DNA of 64,000 nucleotides, taken from the NCBI GenBank assembly GCA_043228905.1, contig JBHGNT010000021.1, positions 12,958,001-13,022,000 of the forward strand, given 5' to 3'. Under the pieces are notes generated by a model. That model saw only the letters and a list, made by a program, of their open reading frames with translations. It was not told where the DNA came from and made no database searches. Shown here in pieces: positions 53,439 to 64,000 of this stretch (position 1 is its first letter; each line of letters starts with the position of its first letter). The stretch comes from Azolla caroliniana (taxonomy: Eukaryota > Plantae > Polypodiophyta). Both the position numbers and the translations under genes were made by a program.

Positions 53439-56400
53439 TGTTGGGATTACGGTCCCTCCTGATGGGATGGTCGGATGTCCGGGAATCTGGAATGAAGACC
53501 CGGTTCCGGAGCCGGATGATGAAGACCCGGTTCCGGATCCGGATGATGAAGACCCCGGCTACGGAGCCGGATGACGAATGTACCCGGAGAGAGATCCGGA
53601 TGCGGGGACATATTTGTGAATATGTTTTCCAAGAGCCCTTTGAGGCTATATTTGTAAATAGTCCGAAAGTCATATGTGTATAAATATGACTTAGGGCAAA
53701 CTGTTTAGTGCCGCTGGCTGTATGTAGTTGCCTATTGTGTATTGCCACTCTTATGTGTGTGCAAGAGTGAAGAGAGCAGCCGAGAGAGGGAGAGAGTGAG
53801 AGAGAGACGAAGAGGTCGTTGCCTCTGTGTATCACCGCCGCCTGTGGCGAAGACAGTGAGCTCAAGGTTGTTGCCTTGTAGCTTCACCATTGTACATCTC
53901 TGTTTATAGTGATAGTTGGAGTCTGAGGACTCCCGTGGTTTTTCCCATTTAGGGCTTTCCACGTAAAACATCCTGTGTACTCTTCTCTCTATTGTCTTCG
54001 TGCATTTTGTATTTCCTGTTTTCTGTGAGTTGATCCTATTCCTCGGTTGTGGCCGAGCACTGTTTTCTATCAATCTGGTATCAGAGCAAGGTTAACACAG
54101 AAAATGGAAGGCGGCGGTAGTGGGCCTCCGGGCATGATGGTGTTGAACTCACAGAACTACGCCGACTGGAAGATAAAGATGGAAGACCTTCTCATTGTCC
54201 GAGACCTGTACGAACCGATCGACAATGCCGAGATACCCAAGGGGGTAATAGAGTCGGAGTGGAAGCTCCTGAACCGGAAAGCCGTAGCGACGATCCGACA
54301 ATATGTCGATGTAAGTGTTCTGCAACATGTGGCGAACGATACGAACGCCTATGAGATGTGGCAGAAGCTGTCCGGACTGTATGAGAGGAAGAATGCTCTG
54401 ACCCGGACCTCCCTGATGAGGAAGATAGTGAATCTTAAGTACCGGGACGGCGAGAGCATGGTCGAACACGTCAGCACGTTCATGGGATTCGTGAACCAGC
54501 TTGCGGTGATCAAGTTCTCGTTGGATGACGCAATGCAAGCCATCATGCTGATGTGTACCCTTCCGGAGAGCTGGGAGAACTTGGTAGTTACTCTCAGCAC
54601 CTCCTGTAAGGAAGAGAACTTGTCTTTACTAACGGTAAAGACAAGTATTCTAAATGAAGAAGCGCGTCGGAGAGATAAAGAACCGGCCTCCGACTCGAAG
54701 GCGCTGCTTACCGAATCGGAACGGGGAAGACAACGGAACCGGAGTCCGCAAAGACGGGAGAAGTCGGGGACACGGTCACAGTCGAGGGGAAGACCTACAT
54801 GCTTCTACTGTGGGAAGCCGGGGCACTTCCAAAAGAACTGTCGGCATTTCCGGAAAGACAACGGAACCGACGGTACCGATTCGAAGAAGTCACCGGAGCG
54901 AAACGGTGCATACCGGGGAGCCACGGACCGGAGAGGTCCGGATCGGCGAGGGCAGGACCGGAAAGGAACGACGGCACTCGCGGCAAGTGAAGAAGAGATA
55001 ATGCTCATTACCGAAGAGAGGGAGCTGAACCTTGCCGGTGAAGAGATGACCTGGGTGGTCGATTCCGGAGCGTCGTTCCACCTGACCCCGGAGAAGAAAT
55101 ACTTCTCATCCTACACAGCCGGTGAGCACGGCTGTGTCCGGATGGGAAATGAAGGTACATGCCGGATTGCCGGCATAGGAGACGTGTGGCTGATGACATC
55201 AACCGGATGCAAGATGCTGCTGAAGGATGTTCGACATGTTCCGGAGGTTCGATTGAACCTGATTTCGGCCGGGAGGCTAGACGATGAAGGCTACACGGGT
55301 AGCATCCGGAACGGTGTCATGAAGTTCAGCAAAGGGAGCTTGATAGTGGCTCGGGCCAGGAAGGTCAACACACTGTACCTGATGAATTCCCGGCTATGTC
55401 CGGAGGAGCTGAACGTGGCAGCTGACACTACCGGTGAGCTGTGGCACAAGAGACTGTGCCACATGAGCGAGAAGGGGATGAAGAGGCTTGCCAAAGACAA
55501 CCTGATACCGGTAAAGCACGTACACCTGGGGAAGTGTACCGACTGTCTGGCCGGTAAGCAAAACCGGACCTCCTTCCGCTCAAGACCACCGATGAGACGT
55601 AGTGTACCATTGGAGTTGGTACACACTGATGTGTGTCAGGTAGAAACGAAGTCACATGGCGGAGCCCAGTACTTCGTAACATTCATAGATGACCATAGCC
55701 GGAAGCTGTGGACGGCACCGTTGAAGACAAAGGACCAAGTATTGTCCGTCTTCAAAGAACTCCACGCGAGAGTGGAAAGAGAATCCGGCAAGAAGCTGAA
55801 AGCACTACGAGCGGATAACGGAGGAGAATACCGAGGGCAATTCGAGGAGTATTGCCGTTCGATGGGAATCTAGCTCGAGTTTACTGTGCCGAAGACGCCG
55901 GAACTGAACGGGCTGGCCGAGAGGATGAACCGGACCATAATGGAGAGGGTCCGGAGCATGCTAGCACATGCGAAATTACCCAAGGGATTTTGGGCTGAGG
56001 CAATGTCGACGGCGACATATGTGATAAATAGATCACCCTCAGTACCCCTGGATGGAGACACGCCACAGAGAGTGTGGACCGGTAAGGAAGTGTCCTACCG
56101 GCATCTGAAGGTGTTTGGGTGTCTCGCATACGTGCATGTGGCAAAGGACCGGAGAGGAAAGTTAGATCCAAAGACCCGGCCATGCATATTCCTCGGTTAC
56201 GGCGACGACGAGTTCGGCTACCGAGTATGGGACCCGGTCGACAAAAAGATATTCCGGAGTCGTGATATCATCTTCATGGAGGACAAGACACTCGCCGACT
56301 GGGAGTCGGAGAAGAAGATGAAGAGCTCCAAGTCGACCGGTGAGGATCAACTCTACAAGGAGCAGTCCCGACCGGCAAGGGACCGGTTAGCACTCGAGGA

Positions 56401-58849
56401 TCCGGCCGAAGACGGTGAAGAAACAGAACCGGCCGAGGAAGATGAAACTGATACCGGAACCGGCCCCGATCCCGAAATGGATTCGGATGAAGAGGAAACG
56501 GAGGAGCCGGTTACCGAAACTCCGGAACGGAGATATCCTCTAAGAGAGAGAAGGGCCCCCCGGAGATTTCCGGAACCAGAGCACGTGCTGCTAACCGACG
56601 AGGGGGAGCCGGAGAGTTTTGAAGAAGCAAAGCTTGACACCCATAGCCGCAGGTGGTTAAGTGCCATGCAGGAGGAGATGGATTCCCTGCATGAGAACCA
56701 CACATATGAACTTGTGGAGTTGCCGAAAGGAAAGCGGGCACTTCGAAACAAGTGGGTGTTCAAGCTGAAACCGGGAGATGCCGGAAACCCCCCGAGATAC
56801 AAAGCCAGGATCGTGGTGAAAGGGTTCCAGCAGAAGAAGGGCGTCGACTTCGACGAGATATTTGCCCCGGTAGTGAAGATGACCTCCATCCGGACGGTGC
56901 TGAGTATAGCGGCAAGCATGGACCTCGAGGTAGAACAGATGGACGTGAAGACGACATTCCTTCACGGTGACCTCGAAGAAGAGATCTACATGCAGCAACC
57001 GGAAGGATTCGAGAAGAAAGGGAAGGAGCACCTGGTATGCCGGTTGAAGAAGAGCCTTTACGGACTGAAGCAGGCTCCCCGGCAATGGTACCGGAAGTTC
57101 GACTCTTTCATGACCAACGAAGGGTACCACAAAACGCAGTCCGATCACTGCGTGTTTGTGAAGAAGTTCGAAGGAGGAGACTCTCTAATACTCCTCCTGT
57201 ACGTGGACGACATGTTGATCGTCGGACGGGACCAGGTCAAGATACGGATGCTGAAGAAAGCGCTTCACCGAACCTTCTCAATGAAGGACCTGGGTCCGGC
57301 GAGGCAAATACTAGGGATGCACATCATCCGGGACCGGAAGAAGAAGCAGTTGTGGCTGTCACAGGAGAAGTACGTGACAAAGGTGCTTCACCGGTTCAAC
57401 ATGTCGGAAGCAAGACCGGTCGGGTCAACCCTCCCGGCAAACTGCAGGTTGTCCAGCAAGCAAAGCCCCAAGACAAAGGCTGAGAAGGAGGACATGACGA
57501 AAGTACCATATGCCTCTGCCGTCGGAAGCTTGATGTACGCAATGGTGTGTACAAGACCGGACATAGGATATGCAGTCGGAGTGGTGAGCCGGTACATGAG
57601 TAATCCCGGCAAAGAGCACTGGAACGCGGTCAAGTGGATACTCCGATACCTGAAGGGCACGACAAACGTGTGCCTCCGATTCGGCTCCGGTAAGCCCGAA
57701 CTCGACGGCTTTACCGATTCGGATATGTCGGCTGATGCAGATACCAGCTGGTCCACATCAGGGTATGTGATGACGTATGCAGGGGGAGCTGTTTCGTGGC
57801 AGTCGAGGCTGCAGAAGACGGTTGCGTTGTCAACCACGGAGGCGGAGTACATGGCGGCTGTTGAAGCCGGCAAGGAAATAATATGGATGAAGGACTTCAT
57901 TAGAGAGCTCGGTATCCGGCAGGAGGAGTACCGACTCTTCTGCGACAGTCAGAGTGCCATCCACCTTGCGAAGAACGCGGCCTATCACTCCCGGACGAAG
58001 CACATCTAACGAAGATATCACTGGATCCGGGAAAGGATGGAAGACCAGGAGTTCGTGCTGACGAAGATCCACACGGACGAGAACGGGTCAGATATGCTGA
58101 CCAAAGTGCTCACACCCGACAAGCTGGAAGCGTGCCGGAAGAGGGTCGGACTGGAAAGACATCCCATGCCGAAGTGAAGGGGGAGTTTGTTGGGATTACG
58201 GTCCCTCCGGATGGGATGGTCGGATGTCCGGGAATCTGGAATGAAGACCCGGTTCCGGAGCCGGATGATGAAGACCCGGTTCCGGATCCGGATGATGAAG
58301 ACCCCGGCTATGGAGCCGGATGATGAAGACCCCGGCTACGGAGCCGGATGACGAATGTACCCGGAGAGAGATCCGGATGCGGGGACATATTTGTGAATAT
58401 GTTTTCCAAGAGCCCTTTGAGGCTATATTTGTAAATAGTCCGAAAGTCATATGTGTATAAATATGACTTAGGGCAAACTGTTTAGTGCCGCTGGCTGTAT
58501 GTAGTTGCCTATTGTGTATTGCCACTCTTATGTGTGTGCAAGAGTGAAGAGAGCAGCCGAGAGAGGGAGAGAGTGAGAGAGAGACGAAGAGGTCGTTGCC
58601 TCTGTGTATCACCGCCGCCTGTGGCGAAGACAGTGAGCTCAAGGTTGTTGCCTTGTAGCTTCACCATTGTACATCTCTGTTTATAGTGATAGTTGGAGTC
58701 TGAGGACTCCCGTGGTTTTTCCCATTTAGGGCTTTCCACGTAAAACATCCTGTGTACTCTTCTCTCTATTGTCTTCGTGCATTTTGTATTTCCTGTTTTC
58801 TGTGAGTTGATCCTATTCCTCGGTTGTGGCCGAGCACTGTTTTCTATCA
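53439..58849 (+). mobile_element. Full-length young Ty1/Copia element D (Tork/Tnt1-like); LTRs 53439-54072 and 58188-58849
   Basis: Perfect TSD CTAGT, TG..CA ends, PBS TGGTATCAGAGC 54076-54087, PPT GAAGGGGGAG. LTRs near-identical apart from one 28-bp unit and one substitution seen. Confidence 0.98.
54104..58177 (+). pseudogene. gag-pol of Copia D, single frame with two premature stops (TAG 55871, TAA 58007)
   Basis: Gag CX2CX4HX4C, protease DSGAS, integrase, RT YVDD and RNase H all lie in one frame across both stops. Confidence 0.95.
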
Positions 58850-59375
58850 CTAGTATCTTCACATAAACCGAATTGCTCCTAAGTATGTACAAGTTATTAA
58901 ATAGCGTGCCCACATGTAAGGGCCAATTCTTGCGCATATTTCCCTGATCCCTCCTAGGGGCGGTTTTCTCCATGACAACGTGCAGTTTGGTGGGGGCGGA
59001 TGTTGTGAAGATTCCGGGCCATGGTGAGAAACTGGGGAATATTGGAAGAATCAGCGGGGTGGAGCACGTGCACTCACCCTTGTAAAAACGTGTGAACAAT
59101 AGGGGTGCCTTTATGGCGCCGAGTAGGAGTTAATTTGGGACAGAGAATCCCATGTAAGTCAGGATTTATCCCACATAGTCACGCGATCCTCACCTTGCTC
59201 TATAAAAGGGAGGGCACGCCCTTGTAAAAGGGTTCCCCTTCGTGGGTTCCATTTTGGTGTTAATAATCTTCTGTGTATAATGTCGATTTTTGTCTTCTCT
59301 TCATCTTGGGGTGTGTTGTCTCTATTCTCTGTTAGGGTTTCGGTGTCATTTGGGTGCGTTCGTTGGCGGTGTGGT

Positions 59376-62300
59376 TGTTGTCTGGCGGAATAGTAACCGA
59401 CGGACAAGAGCGCAAAAATATAGAATATAGTAATATTGTAACACATGTAAACGGTTCATGCGGGAAGCGTGAACGGTAAAAGACCCCCTGCGTATATAAA
59501 GGACAGAAATCCTCTGATAGAGGTAGCGTGTATATTTTGGTGCATAGAGCGTAGCTTAATAGAGTTGTATCTTCTTTGATATCTTGTGCATATTTGTGGT
59601 TAATCTACTATGTGTCTGTGATTCTTGGTTGCGTATTGTAAGCGTAAGTGTGAGTGGTGTGACGAGTACGCTGCCTAGGGAGTTCGGTTGTAGCCATTTC
59701 TCTTATATGCGACTAGGATATAGAGAGGTATCCCATTACGCTTAACGGCACAACGGTACCATTCAGAGCTACGCAGTCACCTTGAGGTCTAGGTTGAAGG
59801 GCTGACTGAAGACCGTGTTCCTAACCGGTAACACTTTTGGCACGCCTGGTGATCTGTGTCTTCTCATAGACGAACAACGACGAATGGATGTTTAGCCATA
59901 GACACCCTAGAGAACCAACATGACAAGGCCGACCAATCACAAGGTCCATCACACGCCAGGCAGAGGAACGCGCACGGCAAAAGCCTCGCCTTAGTGACCT
60001 CAGTGATACCTGCCGGGACCACAAAGACGATTTCTCGCTCCCTAAATACCTCGGCGACACGCAGGAAGCATGTTCACCACAAAAGCACTGTGGTCTTTCC
60101 CGGCCCGCTGTAGCATCCAACATGGCCTTTTCTTATCCTTGCTTCAACGATGAAACCGACGCCGTAACCCACATTCGACTGTTCCTAAATGTCTGGAATG
60201 CAAACCGCATGGCGCAGAGCCTTTCTGAAGTAGTAGCGCACCAGTCCAAAATGAAGGAGTTCGGATCAACCTTGGATGGGAGAGCGGCATTTTGGCATTC
60301 GCAGATGGATTTGGCAGCAATCATGACCTTCAACCAGCTGCAGTCAGCCTTTCTGCGGTTTTTTCATCGAAGGGTGCCGCAACGCGAAATCATCGGGCAG
60401 TTTTACACAATTAAACAATTGCCGGCCGACACAGTAGTGGATTTCAGTTCATGCTTCCAAAACCTACGACGGAAATTAGAACGGGGCTCGACGGAGGACG
60501 AGGCTCGGGAGACATTTCTAGCAACATTACGACGACCCATATGGATAACGCTCAACAACAATAGTGTGAAAGGGGAAACAACCGATATGGTCATAGAACG
60601 AGCGCTACAGCTCAAGCTGGACGAAGAAGAGGAAAGGTTTTCCATGTCCTCATTACGACAAGCGTTACCTCAGGAAGAGGAACGACATTTTCGCTAGGCG
60701 ATCCAGTGCACGATTAGCTTAAATTCGGGGCATTCCGCAGTTGAATGCAACATGCGAATCCTCTGCCCAATCTGTTAGTCGAAAGCTCACACAGTTGAGC
60801 AGTGCGAGTACAATATGTTGAACAGATCCACACCCACAGTACGTGGAAACACAACGTCCCCCTCGCCGTAACGAGCAAAGGCGGCAAGAAGAACGACCCC
60901 GGTATATGGAGCGGAATCCACGCGACGACCGGCACTACTGGAATCACCGGAATAACAATGATTCCGAGGAAGACGAGCTGGAGGATGAAGAATACCATGG
61001 CAACCACAGAAATACGAAAGGGGGCCGACGCTATGAGAATTACCATCCAACGAACAAATGTGGCAACTTCAATGGGCCTCACGGAAAACATCGTTAGTAT
61101 CGGGACCAACGGCGGTACGACGAAAGTTTGGATGATGACCGGCACCAGGAACCGTGCCTGGACCAACAACAACCACCGCGTATGCTCTGACGAACGAACC
61201 AGGACCGGGAAGAGCAGGGCAAATACGGAACGCATGCGGAAGGAGTCCGCAAACACGGTGGAGCCATTGGAGGAAGATTGAATATCTCCGTATCCCATAT
61301 GGCAAGCATTGGCAGGCTGTGGGATAACGCCAACCATGGAGAAGCTACTTCAACTAGTCCCACGGTTCTGCCAGACCGTGGAGGATCGGATAATGGGTAG
61401 ACTTGGGGTAGGCATCTCCGCGAATTTTACGGACATCAGTGCCGAACCAACAGTGGTGGATCACCACAATCCGGCTTTTAAGTTGATACTACACGTTCAG
61501 GAAATCCCAGGATGCGTAATCGACGACGGCTCGGGCGTTAATGTAATTAGCGTGAAGACATGCGAACAATTGGGAATTTCAGAATGGGAAGCTTGCCCGT
61601 TTTGGCTTTGCATGGCGGATACCCGCTCAGTACGGCCATTGGGTTTGATACGCAAGATAGGCATTATCGTGGGAGGACATTGCTTTGACATCTCGACGGT
61701 CGTCCTCGCCCTTGACGCCCTAGGAGTGTATCATATGGTTCTAGGCAGACCATGGCTTCGTTCAACGAATATCAAGCAGAGTTGGCAACATAAGTGTATC
61801 AGCTTTCGATGCGGACGCACCAAGGTTCGCGTACCAACAAAAGAAATGGCAGCACAACCCAAGGGCATAACACCATTGTACGCGGAGGATATAAATATGC
61901 TGGTTGGGATGGATGATATAAAATTAGAGGTATACCTAGACGAACACCCCCGGATCATCCCGCTATTCGAAATCGACGTCATCGAAACCGCGACAGAGTA
62001 TGCCATGCCTGCTATGCTCCACGACGAGGCTTACGAACCAAACCTGGAGTCAATATAAGAACTAAACAGAGCACGAGCAGCGTTCGAGAGGGAAATGGAA
62101 ATTTCACGACGGGTCACTGCCTCAGCCCTGGAAGAAGTAAACGTGGGTACGACGTCAGAACCCCGATTCCTCTCCATCGCAAAAGAATTACTGCCGGATC
62201 AGGGAGACGTGATGATAGCACTACTCAGGAACTATAAAGATGTGTTCGCCTAGTCCCATAAGGACATGAAGGGGCTAGATCTGAAGTTCTATGAACATAA

Positions 62301-64000
62301 GATCAATTTAGCGACCGATGCAAAACTGGTTCAGCAGCGTCGATACCGCATGAACCCAAACTACGTGGCTCGTGTAAAAGAAGAAATTGACAAACTCCTT
62401 AAGGTTGGATTCATACGACCAGTCAAACAAGCTACATGATTAAGCCCGATAGTAGTCGTACCAAAGAAAAATAGCAAAATCCGTGTATGCGTGGACTACC
62501 GGAAAATGAACGCCGTAACCATTACTGACGCATTCCCTTTACCGTTCACCAATAGCGTACTGGATGCCGTCGCAGGGCATGACATGTACAACTTTTTAGA
62601 TGGCTTCAGTGGGTACAATCAAGTACGCATGCACCCCGACCAAGAGAAGACGGCGTTTGTCACGGACTGGGGAGTCTATGTCGCAATCATCATGATGTTC
62701 GGGCTAAAGACGACGCTAACTACATTTCAACGGACAATCACGGAGATTTTTGGGGAATATATTCCGGCCTTCATGCAAGTTTTTTTAGACGATTTTGCAG
62801 TATATGGGACAACAATCGACCATTTTACGCATCTGCAACTTTGCCTGGAGCGTTGCTGAACCACACGCTTAAGCTTGAATCTCGCCAAATGCGCCTTCGG
62901 CGTTACCAGCGGGGCTCTCCTTGGCCACATCGTCAGTAAGGAAGGGACAACGGTCGATCCGAATAAAATCTTCGTGATTACTCATGCGAAAAGACCGACA
63001 AACGCGAAAGCACTCAACCAGTTTTTGGGACAAATACGATGGCATAGTCGGATGATACGCTACTTGGCGAACTTCGCCACGCCGTTACATGCCGCCGTTC
63101 ATCGGACTCCTTTCAAATGGACAACAACGGAAAAGAAGGCATATGATGCGCTAAAGGTAATGCTAACACAGGCACCCGTCGTACAACCACCAGTTTGAGC
63201 GAAGCCATTCCACGTGTTCGTAGATGCCTCAGATATAGCAATAGGTAATGTGCTAATGCAGCTCACGGAGCCGAATTGGTACCGGCCAGTGTACTATGAT
63301 AGTCAGAAACTATTAACAGCGGAGCGTAACTATTCCACAACGGAACGTGAGGCATTGGGGATGATATACAACATCAATAAGTTTCGGCATTATCTACTAG
63401 GGTGGAAATTCACATTTCACGTGGATCATTCGGCATTGTTATATTTGGTAGGGAAACAAGCGCTGACAGGGAAATTGGCTAGATGGATGCTGTTGCTTCA
63501 GGAATTCAACTTTGTAATTCTGGATCGGTGGCTGATGGAAATGACCTACTTCTTGACCACGGGGTTACCGCCACCCCAATTACGGATGGACGAGAAAAAA
63601 CGGCTAGCCGTATGAAGTTGAAATTTTTGTTTAGTAGAAGACATACTATACCACAAGGGCAGTGACGACATCTGGAGGCGCGGAATACGACAAGATGAGA
63701 AGGCCGCGGTTCTACGCGAAGCCCACTATGGTACGGTGGGAGGATATTACGCGGGTGATGTTATGGCCCGGAAAATTTGGCAAGCAGGACTTTGGTGGCC
63801 GATGACGCAAAAGGACGCGTATGCATATTGCAAACAGTGTGATTTATGCCAATGACTGGGCCAGCCCACGGAAGTCACAAGAATGCCACATCAACCAGTG
63901 TTGCCACTAGATCCTTTCCAAAAGTGGGGGTTAGATTTCGTGGGACCCTTTACCCCGGTGGCCACTCGAACAGGTAATAGGTACATCCTGGTGGCTACAG
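59376..64000 (+). mobile_element. Ty3/Gypsy element E (non-chromovirus type), degenerate, inserted in the 3' LTR of C; 5' LTR 59376-~59754
   Basis: TGTTGT...ACAAC LTR with its own TATATAAA and a degenerate iMet-like PBS. Gag from 60122, protease IDDGSG, RT LDGFSGYNQ..FLDD, RNase H VDAS..EREALG, integrase H..C..C and WGLDFVGP. Confidence 0.93.

Larger units (their letters stand above)
52440..58977 (-). mobile_element. Inverted Gypsy fragment F inside C: LTR-like segment (58977-58855 plus 53438-~52905), tRNA-Trp PBS 52902-52886, truncated gag
   Basis: Minus strand starts TGTCATGG, has CTATAAAAGGG near 53330 and PBS TGGTGAACCCGATGTGA. Gag-like AIVSTIGRF..YRAEM..EFEARLLKRYGLDDALRL.KRDFVDWVETPGKG..EFEE. 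Confidence 0.7.
49493..59375 (+). mobile_element. Non-autonomous Gypsy-type LTR element C: 5' LTR 49493-50595, tRNA-Trp PBS, no pol, PPT 58988-59000, 3' LTR from 59001 (interrupted at 59375)
   Basis: 49493-49868 is repeated at 59001-59375 (about 25 differences by eye). TGTCG...CGACA termini. Interrupts the RT of B after SQEKY. Confidence 0.85.

Noticed and set aside
55871-55873. Programmed stop-codon read-through in Copia pol
   Set aside because: The stop lies mid-integrase, lacks a CARYYA context, and the homologous codon in B is sense.
56353-57900. Long antisense ORFs over Copia pol
   Set aside because: Shadow frames expected from GC-rich coding sequence.
59001-59754. One single LTR shared by tandem elements
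   Set aside because: Homology to the 49493 LTR stops at 59375 where a new TGTTGT start and second TATA begin, which is better explained as nested element E.

Overview
Eukaryotic nuclear DNA from a land plant. The spliceosomal introns, microsatellites and Gypsy gag types suggest a non-seed plant such as a fern or lycophyte, but that is inference. Three apparently intact host genes are present: U2AF35/U2AF1 (5 exons, one GC-AG intron), an MEE60-like membrane protein (2 exons) and a 14-exon CAT2/3/4-type cationic amino acid transporter. The first 12 kb holds rearranged host-gene debris: an intronless, scrambled DCL3-like copy whose missing middle lies inverted at the window start, and a CAT fragment fused to a MED17 fragment. 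The remainder is transposons with resolvable termini and target-site duplications (TSDs): hAT elements and MITEs, three solo LTRs, and a roughly 20 kb nest (LINE > Copia > Gypsy-type > inverted Gypsy fragment > young Copia, plus another Gypsy in a 3' LTR). The nest contains two convergent tRNA-Trp-primed units. All family assignments come from recognising motifs by eye; no database search was run.
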